From NCBI GenBank assembly GCA_002633005.1, contig NMRA01000859.1, forward strand, positions 53,991 to 117,990: 64,000 bases of DNA. The letters are read 5' to 3'. Shown one piece after another: positions 33,901-46,327 of the stretch. This stretch comes from Phoronis australis. Taxonomy: Eukaryota > Animalia > Phoronida. A program made the position numbers and the translations under genes. The notes under the pieces were generated by a model. The model did not search any database. It was not told where the DNA came from and saw only the letters and a program-made list of their open reading frames with translations. The stretch's first letter is position 1. Each line of letters starts with the position of its first letter.

Positions 33901-36900
33901 GTTTATGATCATTATGCAGACAAAATTATGTTGATGACCATTATGCGGACAAAATTATGTTGATGATCATTATGCGGACAAAATTATGTTGATGATTATT
34001 ATGCAGACAAAATTATGTTTACGACCATGATGCGGACAAAATTATGTTGATGACCCTTATGCAGACAAAATTATGTTGATGACCATTGTGCGGACAAAAT
34101 TATGTTGATGATCATTATGCCAGGCGTGCGTTCAGTAGACGCTAGGACCTACGCTAGGACCTAGCTAAAACCTAGTCAAAGTCACGTGTTCTAATTTATA
34201 ATGCACGACAATATCTCGCGTAATCTCGCGAAGTCTTACTTTTCAGCGAGGTCCTTGTGTTACTGAACGGGAGGCACATTTCTTCCGAGAAGTGTAAAAA
34301 CTCAGCTCGTATACGTTGGAAATTTCAGGTCGCATTTAGCGACTTGATACGAGCTGACAAAAATCTCAGCTCGCATTTCCAAATTTCAGGTCGCAAATGC
34401 GACCTGCAGCTTGTTATGTCGAGCCCTGCCAAATTGGCAACTGGCCATGTTTACACTGCTCAAACCAGGAGACATAATTTCATAAGGAAGGTTTTAGCAC
34501 ATTTTCCCCAAATGTTACCCTGTGTCTATATTCTGGACATAGCCCTTATCTACGCCCACTGGGTTTATCTAATGATGGACGTGTCTTCATCTCACCACTT
34601 TCTGAGTAGTTTTTAGGCTTTAATATTGAATTGCTAAATGTAATTGTATACTACAGATGTCGCTGTTGTATGTGGTCCCGTAACTGTGATGCGTCCAAGG
34701 CATATAGACTGTGTGTTATTGTCTGCTTTTAAACGTTTCACTTTTGCTGGAGGGAAATTACTCTTGAAAGAAATTCAAGCTCTGATTTTTGTTGTTTTTT
34801 TTCAGATACATGGAAAATCTGAAGTTGTGGTTCAAACAAAAACAAAGCAGGGACCAGTTCGATATGCAAGCCCGGAAGATGTTGACATCTGACATTGTCC
34901 ACCTTCACAATGAGTTTCTACTGGCCATCTTGACAAAATGCCAGAGTTTAACACCCACACTAGGTACGTGAATGTGTTGGTGGATGATCATGCCCTCGGA
35001 TGAGTTTGCGAATAAGTCTAATAACTGAGAGGTACTGGGTAAATGTGGAAGATGATTTGTGCATGACACTTTAGCTCAGTCGGGAAGGTATGCTGATCAA
35101 AACTGTGTACTGTATGATGTGAGACAGTGATTTACTGGAGCACCACCTAGTGACCATTTAAGTTTTCTTTGGTCTTTCCTCAATATTTTCCAATTGTCTG
35201 TGATATTTATAATCTAGTTTATGGAATTTTATTGTGAAGGGCATGGGTGTCATTGATGTTACGACAAATTCGTCTACTGTGGCGCCCCATATTGGCTATT
35301 GTGTGCGCCTGCCTAAATACCTACCATGTTCGTTAATGGGTCTTTATAGTGTTTGACATGTATGTTCCCATTGAGGATATCATGACTGTTGGTGTTGGAG
35401 TTTATATGGATATGACTACTGTTGCACCTCCTCGTGGTAGTTTTAGGGTTTTATGTTTACTTCAATGTTTGTCAAATCCTATGGTGGATCACCATGAAAA
35501 TTGTCAAGTTGTTAGTTTTTCGGGTGGATCCGATGAATGCTGTGCCTCCTGGTGGCCACTTCCCCACGATGTGAAAATAGTTATGGAACTTGACTTGTAT
35601 GCTTGTCATATGACAGCATCTGTCAATATTAAAAGAAATCTGTTAAGTGCTATGCCATCTAGTGGCAGTGTTAGTTGTTTTGTCGTCTAGGTCTTTCTGT
35701 TAGCACTTGAGTGATCCTTATGAAATTGAAAACTTAATGTTTCTACTACTAACAGATAAGACTGGACCCCATATTTTATTGCCTAATAACCTGTACTTCT
35801 TGTGGCAGTTGCAATATTTTGTTGTCCATCATAGTATCTACCAAAACCTCTTTTAAAAATGTTCGTAGAATTCAGCTGATATGTTTTCCTTCAATTTTTT
35901 GACGACTTGCTTTGCACATCCTGGAGACTATTTTAAGTTTTCAAGTATTCCGTGCTCTATTGTATGCAATGCACACACTGGGTGCATATGAGTGTTCTCC
36001 ATTACTTTTGTTGATCATTGGTACCTGTCACTTTGTTCCTTTAAAGCGATTCCCTTTTCTTGCCTGAAAAGTGTCAGATTTTGTACGCCGAAATATCCGT
36101 CATTATTGATTTAAAAGTATTACTAAGTATTTTTCGTTGTATTTTTTGTATCGTATGCAGAAATGTCTACATTGGTTGTGCTTAATGATCCATAGAAATT
36201 GAATACGAGAAGTAAGTTCTCAAATTGTCGACAGATTGCGCAGAAATTTCTGCACTGAAAGATGTGCAAAACTTTCCGCATTGAGGGAAGGGCAGTATGG
36301 ACAATATTTACTTTAAGCCAAAATGATGGCATAAAAAGGAAATCGATGGAATTTACCTTTTAAAATGGAGAGGCTATGTTTTGGTAATTTTTTTATTTAA
36401 TTTCAGTCCCAAAGGACATGAACACAAGTGCTCTACCAGTTGCCAAGGTTATTAAGAAAGGAACAAAGTTTAAGAGGAAGCCAGTTGGACGCTCTCTACA
36501 GGTTTGGACGTTTTTGTGGTGAAGAACTTCTTTCAGTTGTAGCATAGAAAACAGAATTTATGAGGTCTGTTGTGAAATTGTTCAACCAATCAATGATAAA
36601 TGTAATACTGAAATAAATCTATAATGATATCTGTGTGAAGTGCTTGGTCACATGCCGGACACGTTTGTGATATCAATGTGAAGTGTTCAAGACATTCACA
36701 TACAGGACATGTCTCTGATATCAGTGTGTATTGTTCATTTGCATGAAGGACTTGTTCATGATATCAATGTGAAGTTTTCATTCATGTACTGGACATGTCT
36801 TTGATGTCAGTCTGAAGTGCTCATTTACATGCAGGACTTGTAGATGATATCAGCGTCAAGTGGTCATTTTTGTGCATGACACGTCTATCATACCAGTTGG

Positions 36901-39900
36901 AAATGTTCATTCGCATGTCAGACACATCCATTATATCTGTAAATTGTTCATTAAGTTGTAGGTGACAACTATCATGTCAGTGGTGAATATTTATTCAGTA
37001 GTATGGAACACATCTTTAGTGTTTACATGGTACTGTCCATTCAAATGAATGTAGCATATAACACGTCAGTGAGCATTAATGTTATTTGTACAAGTGTAGC
37101 GCAAAAACATATTTGACATTGTTGCAGAATTGTTTGTGTAGCACACAGCTCACCTTCAAGATCTCAATTGTAGTAGCGCCACTAATGGTTAAGCCAACTT
37201 AACTGTGTTGTAGTCACTGAGTCTCACCAGATCCTGTTCCTGGCACACCAGTCTAATAATAATAATTGGAAATGTGCTCTTCTCTATTCTAGCGGTTCCA
37301 GCCAGTTGACCCCATGTGTTTTGTGGCCAAGTCTGATGTCCTTGCTCCACAGAAGGATATCCATTTAAGTAAGACAATTTACCATATTGCCCCAGCTTTT
37401 AACCTGCCTCTCGAGTATACGCCAACTTCCCACTTTTTGCCTATTTTTGTGTAAATAATGTACCACACCCATTTTTTCACAGGTATTAAGCGCACCCATC
37501 CTTAGTATTCACCCTCTAACACTTCTCAGTACACAGTGTAAGTTCACTTTCTAGCACCCCTCAGTTCATGGTATCAGTTCCCATCCAAGGGTATTACCAC
37601 AATTCCTAGTACCCTCCAGTTTATTGTATCAGTTCCCATCCAAGGGTATTACCACAATTCCTAGTACCCTCCAGTTCATGGTATCAGTTCCCATCCAAGG
37701 GTATTACCACAATTCCTAGTACCCTCCAGTTCATGGTATCAGTTCCCATCCAAGGGTATTACCACAATTCCTAGTACCCTCCAGTTCATGGTATCAGTTC
37801 CCATCCAAGGGTATTACCACAATTCCTAGTACCCTCCAGTTCATGGTATCAGTTCCCATCCAAGGGTATTACCACAATTCCTAGTACCCTCCAGTTCATG
37901 GTATCAGTTCCCATCCAAGGGTATTACCACAATTCCTAGTACCCTCCAGTTCATGGTATCAGTTCCCATCCAAGGGTATTACCACAATTCCTAGTACCCT
38001 CCAGTTCATGGTATCAGTTCCCATCCAAGGGTATTACCACAATTCCTAGTACCCTCCAGTTCATGGTATCAGTTCCCATCCAAGGGTATTACCACAATTC
38101 CTAGTACCCTCCAGTTCATGGTATCAGTTCCCATCCAAGGGTATTACCACAATTCCTAGTACCCTCCAGTTCATGGTATCAGTTCCCATCCAAGGGTATT
38201 ACCACAATTCCTAGTACCCTCCAGTTCATGGTATCAGTTCCCATCCAAGGGTATTACCACAATTCCTAGTACCCTCCAATTCATGGTATCAGTTCCCATC
38301 CAAGGGTATTACCACAATTCCTAGTACCCTCCAGTTCATGGTATATGTTCACGTCCTAGCTCCTCTTGGTCCATATCAATTTATCTTTTTCTTTCTCTTT
38401 CATCCTGTCCAAGCACAAAGGTGCCTACCAGGAAAAGAAATCTGGCAGCATACATGAATGTGTGATACAAGCCCATGGTCCACCTAGGTATAAGCCTGCT
38501 GCTGTGTTTTCAAGTCCCAAATAACGGTCCCTTGGGTTTATACCTGACTCTGGTAACCTGAGTGGTTACAGTATTTTTGAAGCACGTCATTTATTAACTG
38601 TACAATCCATTTGTGGCAGTTCCAAAGCTGGTAAAACACTTGAAAAGTCAGTAAAATGTAAAGTGTTTTACCGGCTTCAGCATTGTCTCGTTTTATCTGG
38701 TCTCGACACATGTCACTTCAAACTATTTGTGTCAGTTTATTCATTGAATGAAGTTTAATAGATCAGTATGACCTCACTCTCCAATAATAGGAGTTTTGGG
38801 ATATCTTTTATGTGGGGTATTTTTGTCTGGGGATCAATGTTCACGTGGCGACTTTCTGTTTCTATTTGAGAACTTATTTGTATTACCGTGTTCATCCGCA
38901 CACAAAGTTTTTTCCCTGACACATCTAGTGGGCAGATTATGCGAGACCTTTCTCTTGTATTTCAGCATTCTGTTCTCGCGAGAAGTCTCTCCCTGACACA
39001 TCGATGGTTTATGGACGGATGTATGTCACCGCGTGGGAAACTGATCTGGAGGAAGTTGAAGATGAGGCTGTCAAGTTGGTCATGGAGGCCGTAGAGGTTT
39101 GTGATTGGTTGATTCGAAGAAGGCTTAAGGCCAGAGTCACACTGCTGTGGAGTGTTATTGGTTGTACATGCACTTCTTACTCTGGGTTAGAGGCTTACAC
39201 TGTTTGGTGAATGAGTTCAGGGAGGGAGGTCGAGTGAGGTTCTTTATTGGTTGATCAAATGAAGGTCAATGGTAAGGTCATGGGGTCAATGTAATTTCTC
39301 AGTTTCCTTGAAGTAGTTGTGTGAAAACTCTAGAGGTCTGATGGGATAGTTGACATGTCACACTGTTGGCCTTTCAGGACTCAGAGCACTGAATCATGGG
39401 GGGGTCCTTTTCAGTTTCATGCAATCCTTGTTATCGGTGCATTATGTCCAGTTTGGGGACTGTCTGGCGTCCGCTGATGTATCTCCTAAACCCTTGGTGA
39501 ATGTCCATGAATGTTATGAGACATGTTCCTGTCATGGATGGATTCTACTACCAGCGCGCTCACTGGTGGCAATTTTTTATTTTATTAGGTTTGTCGCTGT
39601 ATCTTCGGAGTTCCTCGACAGATTTTCATAAAGTTTCCAAATAAGTATCTGATAGCTAAAGGAGAGGCTGTGGTTTGGCGCCTGTCTCTCTTTCAGCCAA
39701 ACTACTCTTAACTGTGATTGTGACTTTGCATTATGTGTTTTACTGGGAAGACGACAGCTGACAGTGATTTTTGAATGGCTGACTACCTACTAGGTGCCTC
39801 CTAGGGGTGGTGCGTCGGCAGCTGTACGTCGTGAATGTCTTAGAGTACATGGTCATCACCAACCAGTACATAGGGCATCACCAACCTCCTAGTTCCAGCA

Positions 39901-42900
39901 AATGTTACGTTATATCCAAAATGTCATTTCTATCAAGTGTTGTTGACATGAACGTTTGTGGTATTTAAATTGTTTATGACTTATACTTCCTCTCAGTTAC
40001 CTGCTCATTGAATTTGAAGTCTCGTCATCTCTTGCCTATTTTTGTAACAAACACAGCTGCAGGATTCTGCGAGTGCAAAATGGGCGATCAAGAGAAATCA
40101 AATTATATTTTGCAAATAAAATTTACCTTCATCCTTCGGAAGCCTTGCAAGGTAACAATTTGTGTAATTTTAAAGAATGTTATTTGAAAATCGAATTGCG
40201 TCCGGGATGTACCAAGTCGCTGGATCTTGCGCCCTTTTTAATTTCAGTGCATGAAAACGTATAGAGACAGCGTTAACACTGTGTTTAGTGTTGACCTGAA
40301 TTAGAATACATGTTGAGACTACCGCTACTCCTGCTACTTTCGACAGCTCTTAGCTTTGCATGGAATGAGTCTCCTGCAATCTGAGAAACTGAATTGTCTT
40401 TCTATTCTGTTTCAGGTTCATCTTAAAAATGTGATATCGTGTGCCATTCACCAGCGTAAGGGTTATCACCTGCGAGAGGGCAGGTTTAAGTACGCCACAG
40501 GTGATGTCATACAACCGTATCTACGAAACAGTTCACTCATACAAGATGGTGCCAGGTGAAGTGGTCTTATTAAGTGCTGTTAGTTGCTTCGTTTAACAAC
40601 AACAAAAATATGTCAACAGTTTACGGACTCTGAGGTCTTACATGGCAATCCATAATTACAGGGTGTCGTTTAAGTACTCTTTGGCCCCACATGGAAATGT
40701 ATAATTAGTGGGGGGGGGGTTTACTGACTCTGAGGTCTTACATGGCGACCCATAATTACAGGCCGTGGGTGTACTTTATGTACTCTTTGGCTCCACATGG
40801 AAATGTATAATTAGGGGAGATGGTTTACTGACTCTGAGGTCTTACATGGCAACTCGTAGTTACGTGAGGGTGGTATATAGACTCAGAGGCCAATAAGACA
40901 ACTCATGTTAGGTACAGGAAGATAAGATTAACAGCTAAATAAAATTCAGAATTCCTTGTTGAAGTCTGGGCTGGTAAACTTTTTCTTTTTACATTTATTT
41001 CTTGTATAATGTGGCATGCCAATTAGTTTTTGGAATTACCATTTTCATGTTACTCGACTTTTGAGCTCTTTCACTGATTCCTATTTTGATAGCTCCCTCA
41101 TGCAGAAGTCAAACATGGCTGTTTAAACAATGCCTAACATCATTTTGAAGAACAATGCGTAAAACATAGTAACTTAGACTTTCCTGAGAGTCTGATTTGC
41201 TGAGAAATGATGATCTAAAAGTTAGCCAGGTTTGGTCGTTTTTCTTGGGTCTATTAAAACTGCAAGTTCTTCAAACGGCTCCCTTTCGGTGGCAGTGAAT
41301 GGTAGTGTTTTTTAATAGTCTCACGCTGCTTGGTTTGTGGTGGGTCGCATATCTTGACAATTGCATGCTCCACATGAACGTGTTCTCTGGTTTTCTCGCT
41401 TAGTTTGAAAATTTGTCTACATACTTCCCAGCTTATAGTTGACCTTTCAGGATTTAGAAGGGGCTAAGGGGGAAAGGGCGCCCCTTAATGTGAAGGACTA
41501 CATCAATATGAATCAAATATGAAGTGGAAAAGAGTGACATTTAATTCCTTCATTTGGTGACCCTCGAACTGGTGAATTTCATTAAGGGCGCCTGTTGTAA
41601 GTCCTGTTGTGTCTATGTCAGTATCTCTCCTTATCTAGTGAGGTTACATACATGACAGGTCGACTACTCCTCTTCTAAACCCTTCTTTGTCTATGTATAA
41701 TGTTTCTCCCCGCCTTCTTGTGAGGCTGCTTACATGACTGGTTGTCTAGCCCTGCTCTATGCTGTGTTGTGTCTGTGTGTTAATGTATCTCTCCCATTCT
41801 AGTGAGGCTGCTTACATGACTGGGTGTCTAGCCCTGTTCTATGCTGTGTTGTGTCTATGTGTTAATGTATCTCTCCCCTTCTAGTGAGGCTGCTTACATG
41901 ACGGGTTGTCTAGCCCTGTTCTATGCTGTGTTGTGTCTGTGTGTTAATGTATCTCTCCCCTTCTAGTGAGGCTGCTTACATGACGGGTTGTCTAGCCCTG
42001 TTCTATGCTGTGTTGTGTCTGTGTGTTAATGTATCTCTCCCCTTCTAGTGAGGCCACTTACATGACGGGTTGTCTAGCCCTGTTCTATGCTGTGTTGTGT
42101 CTGTGTGTTAATGTATCTCTCCCCTTCTAGTGAGGCCACTTACATGACGGGTTGTCTAGCCCTGTTCTATGCTGTGTTGTGTCTGTGTGTTAATGTATCT
42201 CTCCCCTTCTAGTGAGGCTGCTTACATGACTGGTTTTCTAGCCCTGTTCTATGCTGTGTTGTGTCTGTGTGTTAATGTATCTCTCCCCTTCTAGTGAGGC
42301 CACATACATCACAAGCTGTGGCGCACACGTTCCCAGCATAAAACCCTCAGTGGAGACGGGCCAGGGAGATGCTGCAAAACACATTGCATGTTCCGGGAAC
42401 CACATGACCCCCACAAGGCCCCTGAACCTGTATAATTTATTAGACGCGTTGAAGGTAGGTTAGATTAGCCGGCTGTAAATCAAATAATTGGTAAGCACTA
42501 GAATAATGTTACTTTTTGAATGGAGTCTGTGTGCTCTTGGTGTGAATGAACTGTAGTGTAAAGTTCTTGACTGTTCCAATGGAGACGTATAACTTAAAGT
42601 GATGTAAGAGGAGTTATCAAAGTATTTGCGTAGCTGCAGTTGGTTGAGCATGGGATGTTTTGTGTCCTATAAGCTGCCAGTATTGAAGTACCACAGTGAT
42701 GTTTATGTGCTGAAACCGCTAGCATGAGATGATTGGGCAGAATTCTGGACATATGACTGGGTTAATTTATTCGTCCTTCCAACTCCAACAAAGTATGACT
42801 GCTGTGCTGTGGGCTGTATAGCCAACGTGAGAAACTTTGATAAATTGAACAAATACTCGTGGATGCATGATATGAAATTCTTCGCTTTACCGAACTTCAA

Positions 42901-43697
42901 TGAAAGACACAAAAAATGTGCCTCATTTCCCAAACGAGGTTTCGCGCTTTCTTATAAATGAGAGTTCTATCGCCGTGTAATCCGCGACAACCCTATTACA
43001 CCAAACATGTCACCTGTTGGGCACTTCTCAAGCCCAATTAGGGCTTTGTATGACCTTATCAACAACCATTTGCATTTAGCCAAATATCTTTGAAACTACA
43101 TTTCAACAGAAAGACATATTTTCTGAATGCATGAAAATAGAATTTGCTTTTGACGTAATCTGCCACGAATCAGATCACATGGCTATGCTTAATAGCTAAA
43201 AAAAGCACATACTCATAGCAGAACAGCGGTTTCAATAACATCACCTAATTTCATTTGATGTAAACATTCTAGTTAAAGTTTCAAAAACGTTGTTACAATT
43301 TTCTGAGTTTTCATTCTCCTTTTCTTTATTTTGCAACTCAAAATCTTTTTTCATGAAAATCAACGGTCTTATTTCTTAATGGCCCCTCATGTTAAAGAGG
43401 GACACTTAAAAGACAATTCCTAAACAGCATTTTGAAGAACAGTACATAAAGTATAGTATATGAGTTTCATACGAATCCATGTTTTAAGACTTGATGTTCC
43501 CTGTTTTTCTATGTTGTGGCTTGCTTTTCAAATTTCATGTTTTGTTTCAGGTTCACAAAAGTGTGATAGCATCGCATACAGTGTATACTTTGTGTATGGA
43601 GAGGATACTCAGTCGTCTGTGGCACCCGTCTGACAACGACTTAACTGGGGGCGGAGCACGTCATCAGACGTCACTTAAAATGAAGTTGTCGTCATGA
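30992..43697 (+). CDS. TADA1: Transcriptional adapter 1 (SAGA subunit Ada1), 8 exons, 325 aa
   Basis: Exons 30992-31062 ([23 protein letters not shown]), 34806-34963 ([12 protein letters not shown]...[16 protein letters not shown]), 36407-36501, 37293-37368 (RFQPVDP), 38966-39096 (GRMYVTAWE...EAVE), 40416-40555 (HLKNVI...[13 protein letters not shown]), 42295-42454 ([10 protein letters not shown]), 43551-43697 ([27 protein letters not shown]). 978 nt in frame. Confidence 0.94.
32921..33070. mobile_element. Short MITE, same family as 23245-23403, opposite orientation
   Basis: cagtggcggattt ... ggatccgcccctg flanked by acttt/acttt. Confidence 0.75.
33570..34120. repeat. 29-bp minisatellite (cattatgcggacaaaattatgttgatgat)
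   Basis: About 13 near-identical copies plus degenerate 5' copies. Confidence 0.95.
36620..36990. repeat. ~43-bp degenerate tandem repeat
   Basis: gatatca.tgtgaagtgttca...catg.aggaca units. Confidence 0.75.
37552..38344. repeat. 55-bp near-perfect minisatellite, 14 copies
   Basis: gtatcagttcccatccaagggtattaccacaattcctagtaccctccagttcatg repeated from 37571 to 38340. Confidence 0.97.
40618..40862. repeat. ~100-bp tandem repeat, ~2.5 copies
   Basis: tttac(t/g)gactctgaggtcttacatggc...tactctttggc.ccacatggaaatgtataattag. Confidence 0.85.
41605..42300. repeat. 82-bp tandem repeat containing the TADA1 exon 7 splice acceptor
   Basis: Seven units starting 41721, 41803, 41885, 41967, 42049, 42131, 42213, plus a degenerate 5' copy. 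Confidence 0.97.
42791..42961 (+). pseudogene. Possible THAP-domain remnant of a DNA transposon
   Basis: [15 protein letters not shown]...MKFFALP resembles the THAP N-terminus (CxxxxC...FFxxP), then hits a stop. Confidence 0.3.
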
Positions 43698-44014
43698 CAA
43701 CAATTCTATTAAATACAGTGCATGAATAGGACAGTGATTAGTCTGCTGCCAGCCATCCAACTCGTTGGTAATGCGGAGCAGCGCATCATTTAAATTTGTT
43801 TTTTCATTTTTTGCAGTCATTCAAGCTGTTGTTATATGATGCGTCTCGTGAACTGTGTAAAGATTTGAGATTTCTATTGCCCTTGACAAAAACGCGTTGT
43901 GACGCTTTAAACATTCACAAACCTTTTTTAGATGTTTGTACTGCTGTGCAATGTTACCTTTCCAGAGGTTAATTGTAATATTTTGTTCACCGTGATCAAG
44001 GCATTCATGACGCA

Positions 44015-44200
44015 CAGTAGCATCGTGTTCACACTCTGTATACTAGTATGGTGTCCTCATTAGTAGCATGTTCAGACTTTGCATACTGGCAGGTGTTCAC
44101 ATTGCGTACTGGCAGGTGTTCCCACTTTGCATACTAGTAGCATGTTCATAATTTGCATACTAGCAGTGTTCACTCTTTGCATACTAGCAGGGTGTTCACG
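44015..44200. repeat. ~24-bp minisatellite in the TADA1 3' region
   Basis: gcatact(a/g)gca..tgttcacacttt units. Confidence 0.75.
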
Positions 44201-44461
44201 CTTCTTGTTCAGCTGTTTTTAAAGAAAATAAATTTCTCATCAGTGAGTTGACTTCTGCTGGTTTTGTACGTTTGGAGATCCATGGCAGAATACAAAATAA
44301 AAAGATACGTTTCTAAGTTAATCTTGTAGCTCAGTGTTCAGTATTCAGATTCACCCAGGAATCCATGTCAGTCCCGCTCGGTCATCAGTATTAACGTATG
44401 CCTCCAGTTTTATAACAATCTGTTTGGCATATAGGAGAAGCAGACACCAATGTGAAAATTG

Positions 44462-44475
44462 CCACCAGGGGGCAC
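44462..44475 (+). promoter_or_regulatory. CTCF consensus motif
   Basis: CCACCAGGGGGCAC, a full match to CCASYAGRKGGCRS, between the convergent TADA1 and Roquin coding ends. Confidence 0.5.
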
Positions 44476-46057
44476 ATAACACCCAATGCTTTGAAAAAAT
44501 GTGTTACATCACCTTCATTTAAACTTGTCTACTGAGAGACATAGCAGATGCATAAGCACATCCTCTCTTCGATACAAGTGCACCACCTGGTGTGATGAAG
44601 ATCTCTCAAGTGGTTTGGTTGATAAGAGGACACATGCCTCTAACGCTGGACGCTCACACAGACATGTCCATGTTAAAATGCATTCACATCATGTCAGGAA
44701 GACATTACCAGGAATGGACTGTTTTCAAGTGCAATTAAGAAACTTGCTTTTCGAGTTGAGTGAAAACTCAAAATTTTGAGTTAATACTTGAGCTTTTGCA
44801 CATAATGCTGAGGTCATTAAGTCCAAACTAGGATTAACCACATAAGCCAATGAGTACTTGAGCAGAGAATAATTAATACACACAAAGGCAGAATAGGAAA
44901 TAGCAAAAACAGATTAGATTTCGAGTAACAAGATAAGATCACAGCTTCAGGTAATTTTTGATTGGCATATAAAAATATATTTGATTACAGAGCATCACGG
45001 TATATCCGGACATGCCAGAGTGTGTGAATTTCCTTCCGCAAGCATATTAAGTACGTCATTATTGAAAGTCACAAAAATATATCATAAAGGTCTTAACCTA
45101 ATGATATTTATTTTCATCTCAGTTAAACTGACAGTACTCGTACAATTAAAATGCAAAATATGGCAGTTTAGCCACATGAATCTTCTTGGAATTGTGTATA
45201 CATGGAAGCTCAATAGATGGCGTAGCATCTATGGATATGTGGCAGTAGTAAACGAAAACAGTGACGAACATTGAAAAATTGCTAATTCAGCAAAATTGTG
45301 CAGTAATACAAAATGACTGTCCAGTTAATTGGCCAGAATGTTGACCGACACCAGCTTCTTCCCAGGACGAGCTGAGTGATGAGAGAAGATTACAGTCTCT
45401 GCACTTGAGTGCTGTTACACACTCAATACATGGCGTAGTCGTACGTTGATATTGTGAATTGTCCGTTCATTTTTGAACATTCTTAAATTCACAGTTGAAC
45501 ACTCCAGATGCCATTTTGATTTACAATTGCACACAGCCTTCATTCTAACTGAACATTTACATAACTCACTGAACATTCCTGACTCTGCACATATTATGAT
45601 TCATAATATACAATGTAACAGTTCATTCTTGAACTTTCTCATAGTTGTACACTACTGATGCAATTATGATTCATAATTTAACAGTTAATTCTATTGAACT
45701 TACTCATAGTTCATTGCTGAACACTCTTGAAACTATTATGATTCATAACATAACCGTTCATTCTGACTGATACATTCTCATGGTTCATTGCTGAACTCTC
45801 CAGATACCAGACTTAGTACTAACAAAAAACATTTATACGTTTAAGTACATAAACTATGTCTTCTACAAGTTTGACATATCAGAAGACGATATGACCAGCT
45901 GTTCATAGATTTCCAAAACGAATTTGATGCAGTTAACAACAGAAATTTCTAGTCAAGAGTTAAGCTTTAGAAGGGATTGCATTTATAAAGCTTTAAAATA
46001 AAAGAAAAACCTTATTTGTCAAACGTCGACACAGTAGGCCTGGTAAAAACTAAAATG

Positions 46058-46129
46058 CATGGGTGGCGCAGCACTGAAAAAAAGTGATGAGGCTATAGCC
46101 CCTCAGCCCCCTGTGGGGCGCTGCCCATG
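46058..46129. mobile_element. 72-bp mini-MITE in the Roquin 3' region
   Basis: catgggtggcgc ... gcgctgcccatg flanked by aaatg/aaatg; related copies at ~2427-2658. Confidence 0.7.
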
Positions 46130-46327
46130 AAATGATGTGTCCAAATCCAGTATGAGTTTCTGAAGTTTTACTAAAACAAATCATGCTATTAGAATAATGA
46201 GCACTACTGTATATAACTTTGACCTCTGACCTCTTAGGATGACAGAATTGTAAACCTAGGTCGGAAAAGAAGTAACTCAAACTGTATCGTTCTATTGGCA
46301 ATTAGACAAACACTCCAAGCAATATAT

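Noticed and set aside
37552-38344. CRISPR-like regular array (also 33570-34120 and 41721-42294)
   Set aside because: Head-to-tail units with no unique spacers, no cas genes, eukaryotic intron context.
44300-46327. Roquin autoregulatory CDE stem-loop in its own 3' UTR
   Set aside because: No UCYRYGA triloop with an extended stem found by eye; tctatga near 45903 lacks flanking pairs and the 44765-44782 palindrome does not fit the consensus.
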